Shown: piece by piece, positions 48,600 through 64,000 of the stretch | Layout: each line of letters begins with the position of its first letter | Numbering within the stretch: position 1 is the first letter of the stretch | Source of the DNA: Hormiphora californensis | Lineage: Eukaryota > Animalia > Ctenophora | Reading direction: 5' to 3' | Assembly (NCBI GenBank): GCA_020137815.1 | Contig: CM035359.1 | Location: 1,922,001-1,986,000 of the forward strand | Length of the DNA stretch: 64,000 bases | Translations under genes and position numbers: made by a program | Notes under the pieces: model-generated | Databases searched by the model: none | The model's input: the letters and a program-made list of their open reading frames with translations, nothing else | What the model was told of the DNA's origin: nothing

Positions 48600-50106
48600 T
48601 ACATACATAATAAAAATACATCATACGTATATCACCCACTTCATGGATGGCATAATAAATTAGGATAAAAATTGACGACGCGACGTAAGATGACAAATTC
48701 TCTTCTAGAGAGAATGAGAGTCAAGGCAATAAATCCGCCGTGGTTAATAAACAGCTGTCTTAATATAAATCCTGTTGATGTCATATCAGTCTCATATCAT
48801 GCTCATATATAATGTAATATCAAAAGCAATATAAAAAGCTTGGCTGCGTGAGTGGCAGTCTAGCTTGGCAAATCAGAAGGAATATCAGAAGGAATTATGT
48901 AGTAATATGTAGTTATTAAGTGGGTTACGATACGAGAACGGCAAGAGAGATGGTGTGCGGAACCGAAACTCCGAAACTTAATTTTAGTCAACCATATTTT
49001 TATATACCAAATCACTATAGTGAATAGTGATTTGGTCTATAGACTCAACAATATCTTTAAACAACTGATGCTGACGTGGGCACTCAGCTGTATCATAATG
49101 TAACATTATATTATCTAGAAAATGGATGGGATCATTGATCAGATTCAGATTATGTGGGTTTCCCAAGAATATCATGATCAGTGCAGTACTCTGTAGTGAC
49201 CCCAGTAGTTTCAATTTCATCTTGTATTTCTAAGCGTATCATTTGCAAATAATCAGCACTGTCTGACGCCGTCGACCCCATTCGGGAATCAAATGGGGGT
49301 ATGGCGCCGCCATACAGATCATGCAGAGTTACAAGATATGTCGAGGTGAAGTTCGAAGTTGCCGTGTGCAACACATGAAGTGGAACTCAATTTAGTTATC
49401 TCATATCAGATTACTAATTACTGAACCTACACAGACACTCTGAAGAACAATCAGCCCCGCGGTGATACCAGGGACACGGAGAAGTTGCGAAAAAAGACTC
49501 ATAATTCGAAAGTCAATCAAATCAAGGGCTCTGAACATCCCCGGTAGTACCAGGTGGGGTAGGAGAAGACAATTCAATTCCTTTATTCCTTAATAGACAG
49601 TTTTCTAGAAGAGAGTACACTGTACTGGAAGAGGGTCTGGAAGTAAAAAATTTAGGTGTAGGAAAATTGGAAAGCTATATTCGCTGGAATTTGAAACTTT
49701 GTAAGCACAGGTCGCCCGACCGAAACCTAATTAGCGGTTATTTTACGGAGACTTGTCCTTACTGGGACGAAGTATTATATCAAAGGTGTCTCTCAGTTCC
49801 TCTGTACCTCTAATACCGTGTCTTTGGAGAGCTTGTAAGAGTTCATGTGCGTGTGTGTGAACAGGAATCTTACTTTGTTCAGAGCGTGGAGATAAAGCGT
49901 CGAACAATTGTTGTGTTCTAACCCTCCCTTAAGGAAGGGGCGCCCGAAACACAGTCTAGCCAGGCAATCGAACAATTGGCAAGTGTGATTGCAGTGGCAG
50001 AAAGCTTTTGAGAAAATCTAAAAGAGAAAACTTGCCAAAAGATTGTAATAAAATTGTATACAAAACATACTTTAAATTCATAGGTGTATCACACTTATTA
50101 TGTGTA

Positions 50107-50221
50107 CAGTCGGACCCCGATTTACCGGGACAATAATTATAAATCCCCCCCCCCCCCGCCCCCGATATAGGAAATCTGACCGCATTCCCCCCAAGAATGT
50201 CGGTAAATCGGGGTCCGACTG
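50107..50221. mobile_element. CAGTCGGACCCCGATTT MITE
   Basis: TIRs and TA TSD. Confidence 0.9.
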
Positions 50222-51264
50222 TATTATAGTTAACTTATCAAAATCCCAAAACTTATAAAGATTTGCAAAAAAACACAAAATAAAAATCATAAAATAAATA
50301 AATGTACGTCACGCTCTCTTTATACGTAACAGGTTCAACTCATTTCAACTTTTTTTTTCAATAAAACACTCGATGAATAGTATTGATGAATAGGTCAGCA
50401 TCGTGGTTGTCACGACCCCAAACCGCTGATAGTGATAAAACTGTCAAATCCGTGTGCATATGAAAATCAAAACGCATGATGATCTAGCTCTCATGGTACT
50501 ACATATTTTCTATTTGAAGCATATTTATTTTACTTATAGGATCCCAGTTAAATTAACGAAGAATTTAATGAGGATGAATAGGAGACAGATTGTTCTCCTA
50601 GATTCTGCTGGTCAAGTGCTTAGATGAAATACGGATTAGAGTTATTTCAGGACATAACGTAACGTCTCATGAGTTAAATAAATTGGATTTTGGTGCAAGC
50701 TGGAAGTAGCGTTTATACGGTTAAGTTGTTCTACATATGTTTTTGGAAAATATGACATAAAATCGGTATGAAATTAGAAAAACTGGTGTGTCATTTGGAG
50801 GAATTTATATTGTTTAATGGAGGAAAGGTGCTATTTCTTGGAGAGGAACGTAGCTGTCTGAGGGCTCGAAACCAGGCAAGGTGTAACCCATTAGACCCTG
50901 AAATACAGTGAGCGGTTTAGTTAGGATCAGATAACGACTTGTTTAGCAAGGGGGAACTTAACACGATCAGACAACCACACACGATGGTTCGTATGCAGTT
51001 AAAGCTGGTAAAGTGGTTAGGTTGTTCAAATAAATTAGTAACGATCACTATCTATTCGGTTAGAGAGAAGGGGGTTGAGAAATGCAACAGACAACAAGAT
51101 TTAGTAGCGGGGAAGTAAAAACCGTGACTCCTCTCTCTGGTAGAGCTAATTGGGAGAGCTGTCTCTAAATAACAACCAATGTCAAATGTGTAAAAGAAAA
51201 GGAACATTTTGGGATGTAGACCCTAAGGGAAGGTCACCATGGCAACCAATGTATGACGTCACAT

Positions 51265-54200
51265 TCAGTTGTCATGGTGACCTTCCCTCGGTTGTGACGT
51301 CATACCAACCTCTTTTGGTAGATCCGTCCACTCGTACAGCTCCTCCTTTACAACTGATCTGTGATCGTCTAGTCTACAACTTGGTAGGAAGGGAAACCCA
51401 CCCTCAGATCCATCTTCTGGGTCCTGTGGGGAAGGAAGGCAGGACATTAGAAAGAGATGGCAGGATGTTAGAATAAGGAGAGGGCAGGAGCTTAGAAGGA
51501 GAGGAGAGGACAGGAGTCAGGATGTTAGAAAGAGATGACATGATATTAGGAAACAGATAAAAAATACATCTCCACCCAAAGCAATTAGCAACTAACAATG
51601 AGAAAATGAAAATAAACAATAATGATGACTTTACAACTAACCTGTTTTACATCACATTCATCGTAAGGTGTCATGCCAAACCCGTCATCCTCAAAGGTGG
51701 GGGAGGTGAGAGTCAGTTGATCGTTGTGTTGGGAGGAGGGTAGATGTGGTAGTTGGTCGACAACTAGAGGTGGTGGGGGAGGAGGCGGTGGCATTGACGT
51801 AGGGTAACCTGGGCAGAGTGTAGTTGTCATGGATATGGAGGTGTTGTTAGGGAAATGGACTGGATATCAAAGAATCTTGCCACACAATAGTTCGATTTTC
51901 TTTAGCTCCTCTCGAGATCCCATCAAAGTTTGATTAAAATTAACAAACTATTGAATTACCTGATGGTGAAATGGATAGAGGATCATCGGTTGCCAGTCGC
52001 TCCATTTTAATTTCCATAGGAGACTCTAATGTAGTGCCAGATGAGTGAGATAATCTTCTCCTGGAGAATATATATCAAGTCGATTCGAGAATTCAGGATA
52101 TATTGTTTTGGATATTGTTTTAGATGTCATCTAATTTGGGTACAGTTTAGTGGGTGCCATGAAGGTGAGCTCCAGAAGCTGATGGGGACTGAGTCACTGC
52201 ACACGAGTGGCGAGTACCAATCTGCAGCACCGCGCTAGTTGTAACAGCGCTAGTTGTTGTGAAGTCAATAGATTAGTACCTGTTATTAGTACCTGTTACT
52301 AACAGCTGTAGCACTGGTATAATTGGGCACTAATATATAATTGACTTCACCGCACAATACACACCTGTAGTTGAATGGTTCAAACATTGGTGGGTGTTGA
52401 TCGGGGCTGTGGTCGATGGAGTTAGATCTCGATATCCGGTAGAGATGGTGCTGTTGCTGTTCTGACAGATAGGAACACACCGAACTAGACCTAGAATACC
52501 CGGGATTATATATCATTTGATAGGAACACACCGAACTAGACCTAGAATACCCGGGATTATATATCATTTGATAGGAACACACCGAACTAGACCTAGAATT
52601 ATACCCGGGATTATATATCATTTGATCACGTTGTTGATGTACAAAGTAAAGACATAAATGCGATGGACAACTTTGTAAACCTGTCAGGCCAATTTGAAAG
52701 AAATGAGAATAGGGTCAGGCCAATGCTCTGACAGTTGTAAACCAAAATGGGTTTATTTTTTTCTTCAGTAGATTGATGCTGTTTCTTCCCATAAAATTTC
52801 CGGGCCCGTTTCACTGAAAACGTGGTCGAAAAATAGCCTACTCCAAGCCTACTGGGACAATATAGTAAGATATACCTTCGTGTTCGGTAGTTTTTGTAAG
52901 CAGCTGAGCCATCCTCCGGTACCGATGCTAGCCCCGAATACTCACACTGAAACGGGAATATATATATATATATATCAATTGAGTCTTCTTCATTTAAACA
53001 CAAATTTAAAATTCCAGACGTAACTTCCCATATCCCACCCTATTATTTGAGGGATGGGTAAAGTACTAAAGTAACTTGATCACTCGAGTATATCTATAAA
53101 ATCGTTGGGTGGTAGGCGATTCAAACTTAGTATGGTCGATTTAAATCACATCTTCTGAATTTAAAACTCACACTTGGGGGAGGTTGGAGAGGTGGTTGTT
53201 GTTGTACATTTCCTGTGTACTGGACTTTACATTGCAGATCCCTCAAATCACTTAGAGCTGTACTAACAACAGTGCCACCAGATGTCACCTAGAAGTGGGG
53301 AGGGGAGGGGGGTAATGACTAGTATTAGCAAAGTTAAACTATATTTTGATTGTTGGGCCACCACACTCACAGACCACACTCAACGATAGTGATTAAAAAA
53401 CCAATAGTGAGGAGTCCGATCCTATCAACTTTGACATGATGCCACTTCCCAGTCTGTCGCGGCCCTCATAAAGGCGCATCGTATCGAGATGGCCTGGAAG
53501 CACTGTGGGACGACTCATCGCACGAACGACCTAGGCTGTGAAGCATATGGCAACATCCACCTACAGATGTTTACTACCAACCTTTAGCTTTTAGCCGGAA
53601 GGAGATATCATCTCTACAGATATTTACTACCAACCTTGTTGTTGGTGTCTCGGGGGTCCACCATAGCAGCTGCTAGACAGGGTGCAGACTGGGTCGCCCC
53701 CACAAACTGATACACATATCTCTGCCCCGATACTTTCTTGATGATGTTCTTGTCGTAATAGTACCTGCAGGGTGTTTAAATGGGGATGAGAAAACTGTGG
53801 ATAAAAGACTGCTAGATGAAGTATTTTGATCCCATTGGGATTCCCAAACCTTCAGCTGAAACTGTCTGATAAACTGGCTGGAGGCTTGTACCCGATCTGA
53901 ATCTGAAAATCAAAACGGGGTATGGAAGCACCAGACATTAGTTTTAGCTTCTGCTAGTTACCGGAGGGCTCTGCTGAGTTTATCGTAGTTCATGTGTGGT
54001 TTCTTCTTGTGTTGTCCCCACTGTCTGGCTACTTCTTCCGGATCTAGCAACTAGGTAAAGGATTTATTGAGTAAGGGGTAAAGAATGATCATGTGGGTTG
54101 TTGGACGGTGGTCAACCGTATAGAAAATGCTGGGGACTTCCCATGCCCTTACAAAACAAGTAACAAAACACAAAGAGACGTCAAGATTTTCACATTAGTC

Positions 54201-54369
54201 TAGTCTATAACTGAAAGTGAACTGCTCAAACCTTGAACTCCAAGTATTTCCCAGTCCACATTATGACAGTGCTGTAGTTCGGGTCATTGAGCATCCGTAA
54301 CAGAAACTGCCACAGCAGCACAGGACCGTCTATCTCCTCACAATAGTCCGGAACACTAGCGGACATCAT
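51265..54369 (-). CDS. ETS-domain transcription factor, ELK/TCF-like (N-terminal ETS domain), about 382 aa
   Basis: Exons 54369-54232, 54050-53962, 53764-53635, 53288-53172, 52946-52876, 52490-52365, 52060-51960, 51859-51642, 51423-51265. ETS domain: [56 protein letters not shown]. The ETS exons are secure; the C-terminal exons rest on phase consistency. Confidence 0.85.
52468..52625. repeat. 51-bp tandem triplication spanning an ETS-gene 3' splice site
   Basis: gataggaacacaccgaactagacctagaatacccgggattatatatcattt repeated three times. Confidence 0.93.
52681..52734. mobile_element. 54-bp micro-MITE (CTGTCAG TIR, 8-bp TSD)
   Basis: ttgtaaac|ctgtcag...ctgacag|ttgtaaac. Confidence 0.8.
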
Positions 54370-54584
54370 ATCTCTCTCTTTCTCTCGAATTCCTCTCTTT
54401 CTCGAATTCCTCTCTTTCTCTCCTGAAATGGGCGGGAGTGAAGATGTGATCCCTGGTATAGCTTTACTAAAAGAACCCTGTCTTTGATAGTCTCCCGGGA
54501 GGTATAATAAGGGAGACCATCAATTTCAGTGCAACGTGTCCTTTACAAGTCAAGACAAGCTCGATCTAATGCCTCCATTGTCTG

Positions 54585-54719
54585 CCTTGTCTGTCAGCCC
54601 GGTGTGAGCTTACGAGAGTGCCGAATAGACAGACTGCATAGCATGGCAAGCCTAACCTTACCATGCTACGCAGTCTGTCTGTTCGGGCTCGCGTAAGCTA
54701 ACTGAGCTGACAGACGAGG
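54585..54719. mobile_element. Imperfect ~135-bp palindrome (probable MITE)
   Basis: ~60-bp inverted arms around gcctaacc. Confidence 0.6.
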
Positions 54720-55611
54720 AACCAGTCAAGCCTAACCGATCAGAGAACGGGGTCGACACCGCCACCAGACAGTTCTCCAATATCTCCCATATATCTCATT
54801 CTCCCTGTCCCAATATACTAGATCTCTCTTCTCTTTCATATGTGACTTCATCTCACGCCCTATTCTACACGACCTTCCTCCCTAAACTTCCTGCCCCTTC
54901 CGATCAGGAGGGGGACAGGAACACACACATACCTGTATCCGGAACTGCAACACAAACTATATCGTCCACGCTAGACAAAATACAAACAAACTGGGGGTGG
55001 TTCTGCAGTTTTCCCACAGTGTAGCCACTTCCTCTAAGCACGCTCAGATTGGGCCAACTAGTGGGCATCACCACGGCTTCTCTCTCCGGGGATGTTATAG
55101 ACGCAACCCCTGGGAAACTACTAAATTTGGCGAAAACCCTGCTAGTGCAGCAGCTCGGCATGCCCACGACTTAACTTTTTTAGTTTTCACCCAGATATAT
55201 TCTCTCTCGCTCACAATTAGCCCTTTCTCTTTCTCTGATGAGGACACGCAACGACTCTTTCTCATTTGGTCATGCAGGAAGTTCTCGTTACTGGGAAGTA
55301 GAGTTCAGCTTTGTTGAGTATAAAGGGGGACGAAGACTCTTCCCCCTTACTCAACAAGTTCAGCTAGAGTCCACCTGCCTTTTTTAGTTACCTGGTCAGT
55401 TTACAATGATGTAACGAGAATGTTGATCAGTCATCTTGTAATGAAGGGATCCCAAGGCACATTTCCAAGCTAAAAGAAATTAAATTAAAGAAATTAACTT
55501 AAAACAAAGCTAGTAGAATATCAGAATAATGAAAGATAAAAGTAGAAAGGTTATGACAATATTATGTTACACGATAGTGTTACAAATATGCTTGTGTTCA
55601 TAAATTACACA

Positions 55612-55714
<103 letters not shown>

Positions 55715-56517
55715 ACTCTCTCTCTCGGGAGGAAAAATAGGTTTGAGGATCCTGAAAGATATATCAGATAAAAAACAGAATTAAGAACGTTTCACTGAAA
55801 CGGTCGCGGTCAGGCCAAAAGTTCAGGAACGTTTTGCAATTACAAATGTACGAGAAATATATGACGTAGCCCCCAGTGTATGTGCAGCAGCGGCTCAAAG
55901 TGTAGATTTTAACCCAATACATATGCAGCTATTTCACCCTACCAATTCTCCAGAATGAGCTCCCCCGAATAGAGACACAGCTCCCCCGTGTGTGTGTCAC
56001 AGTCACACATGAATAGAGCTACAGAAACACACAGAGTGTCACACACTGTCACACACGATGGAACACATAAGATGGGAGACAGTGTGCACACACATGAGAT
56101 GGGACAAATGGATAAGTTCATAAATATCGAGTGTTTCCTTCATACCCATGGCCTGCCTAAAAATGCTAGTGAACCAAGACAGCGGCGGTTGAAAGGAAAT
56201 CACCCTGGTCGTCGAGTTGTGTTGAGTGTCACAGACGGTTGTAGTTGTACAAATTGGTCCTAAACAACCTGATCAAATGGATGTATGATTCTGTGTCCCA
56301 GATCATCTACTAGTACTATATAAAATACTATAAAATACTATATAAAATACTATAAAGCTATATAGTAGAGCTGGAAAGAGCTGCCTCGAGAAAAGTTAAA
56401 ACAAGGGGGTTTTATTTCTGCTTGTTCTAACCGACTAGGGTGCTTGTATCATGACACTGCAAAATTACTCTCACCCAAAATAATTTGTGCTCTTTCCCGG
56501 AGAGAGACTAGATGAGA

Positions 56518-56596
<79 letters not shown>

Positions 56597-56606
56597 CAGA
56601 GAGAGA

Positions 56607-56651
<45 letters not shown>

Positions 56652-56813
56652 TGGCAATGTCCCTAAGAGTTACCCAGTTCTGTTCCTGGCCAACTATGGA
56701 CCCCAACTTGGGCCACGTGGGTTCTTCACGTGAGGTCAGTCACTAGGATGTTCTCTATCCGCGTATTATAGAGGGGGTGTGTTCCAGCTCTCAGGTACGG
56801 AGAGTGAGAAAAT

Positions 56814-56880
<67 letters not shown>

Positions 56881-57541
56881 AAGAGAGAGAGAGAGAAGAG
56901 AGAGAGAAGAGAGAGAGAAGAGAGAGCGAGAGAGAGAGAGAGTGAGGGAGAAAGATAGATATATCCCTGTGTCCTACTCCTAAGCTAAGCGTGAGGCCAA
57001 AGAAATGGCTGAGATATACTGGTTTTCCGAAAACCAGCAGCTTTCGGATTGAAATTAATGCAACACGCTATGAGTCTCCGATAAAATTATATACGTTAGG
57101 GCAAAAGCTAAACAGTTTTGAGTTAAAACTAATCCCAAATTAATTCGCTGATTGCAAATCTATTCTTGGGAACGTTTGTTTTGGATTGGTTCTGGTATAT
57201 GTGAATTTGTGATGCTGTTGAGGCTCTACGTCAGAGTCGCAATAGCATACATGTATCTTGGTATCCAAGATACTCACACTTCCGCCGGCAAGGGAGGGGT
57301 AACTTCGTTACCATGGTTTTTAATACGAGAACGACAAGAAAGATGGCGTACAGAACCGAAGTCCTAGATCAAGGTTTTGTAAGTTGCTCTGTAAAGCTCC
57401 TCCTTTCCTGGTAATCCGAGCCGACAAACAAATTAAAATGGTCTAATCTCAAATTTGGAAAAAAACTTAAATCATTCACAATTCTAGCACAATTCACAAA
57501 ACATATTCCCCACACTGTTTACCCCTCAATACCATCACCCC

Positions 57542-62960
<5,419 letters not shown>

Positions 62961-63228
62961 CTGTAAGTGGTAGTTAGATTCAGAAATTATTGAGCTAGTA
63001 AAGTCGGATTTTTTGAAGTTGTCACCACCCCTTCTCGCGCATGGAATGTTTTTGTGCGTCATATCACATGTTAACGTGTGGTGTGCACGTCGAAATAGAT
63101 AAATTTCATATGCGTGGTCATTTGGGGGTGACAACAATCCGACTTTAACGATGTTTGGGGGGGGGGGGGGGTTCAACCTAAAAATTTCGATTTGCCAAAA
63201 TCAGGGTATCGATCGAAATTTTTCGAAT

Positions 63229-63868
63229 TTTTTCCCTGCCCGGGTGATCTTTTTAGCACGCACGTGCTTAAAAGATCATTCAGGGTTTAGAAATCAGCAG
63301 ATTGTGTAGTTAACTAAAAGTGTCCGTCCGTCACGGACAACGCCTAACAACAAGTCTGCTCCTTCATAAAACTTTCATCTCACGCTTCGTTGATTCAACA
63401 AAGGAAATGATTAACACACATTGTGACGTGCAATTACTCGCTGATAGCACTTCTCACTATCGCCCGAAATCACTTTGGGCGCCTTACAGCCATGCTATGA
63501 AGTGATAGAACGTCTTCCAAGCATGAAACTACTGTCACACTAGTGACTCGAGTTGAGATGCGGTTAAAGTTTGAAGCACTTGGTAACCAACTGGGGTCAG
63601 GGCCAGGGGTCTCCTAAGCAACTGCCTTGGTTGCCATAGCAACTGTCCTGGTTACCATAGCAACTGCTTTGGTTACCATAGGAACTGCCTTGGTTACCAT
63701 AGCAACTTACCTAGTTACCTTAGTAACCAATATCGCATCAGCCAAAAAATGCTCTTTGAGCACAAAATTCATCAGGAAGTCCAGTTTTGAAGCTTATTCA
63801 TCAATTTTAAATCCATTTGTGGCAGGGAAACACCGCATTATGAATACATAATGCAATAATTCTTGTTT
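63229..63868 (+). mobile_element. Second HINE copy, inverted relative to 60503-61149
   Basis: Reverse-complement similarity across about 640 bp. Confidence 0.75.
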
Positions 63869-64000
63869 TCGAAGAAATTCGAAAAATTTCGTCAAGTTTC
63901 GAAAAGTTTCGATTTACCAACAATTTCAAAATTGCGAATTGCCATCAGTTTCGAAAAATTTAGAAAAGTTTCGAAAAATTTCATAAAATTCGAAAATTTC

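Noticed and set aside
48984-49374. Two minus-strand ORFs as a gene
   Set aside because: Part (49259-49314) matches a small dispersed repeat also at 58645-58711; no recognisable domain
45000-51200. Additional gene between the GPCR and the ETS gene
   Set aside because: Scattered splice-like signals but no phase-consistent coding model; may be UTR or lncRNA
52127-52235. Minus-strand '[10 protein letters not shown]' resembling the ELK C-box FW motif
   Set aside because: Phase does not fit the best donor (52365), while exon 52060-51960 fits; kept only as a possible alternative exon
54585-54719. Pre-miRNA-like hairpin
   Set aside because: Mismatches are not biased to G-U on one strand and the size fits a MITE; no expression evidence

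Overview
Eukaryotic, intron-rich animal DNA. It is most likely from a ctenophore, inferred from an LDLa-rich/LRR-less GPCR with a very long ECL2, a single-exon 'TRxxxIxxPF' GPCR and abundant nested intronic genes; the taxon cannot be confirmed from sequence alone. Gene models were built by hand from GT-AG junctions with phase checks. Left to right: a frameshifted F-box/beta-propeller gene and a chimeric partial duplicate; an LDLa-repeat GPCR; a 30-exon DNMT1 (8774-41711, about 1237 aa); a divergent 9-exon class-A GPCR (-); an ELK/TCF-like ETS factor (-); and the 3' part of COG8 (-) with an unusual acidic tail. DNMT1 introns host four nested genes. Two are convergent paralogous ~65-aa secreted precursors that look like amidated neuropeptide genes (predicted SNWM-amide and YFRL-amide) and do not appear as proteins in the ORF track. 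The others are an antisense orphan GPCR and an antisense secreted single-WSC-domain protein. Introns carry many young non-autonomous DNA transposons (TA-, 3-bp- and 8-bp-TSD families, fold-backs, DINE-1/Helentron-like elements) and a CR1-type LINE fragment. Short duplications repeatedly copy splice junctions.
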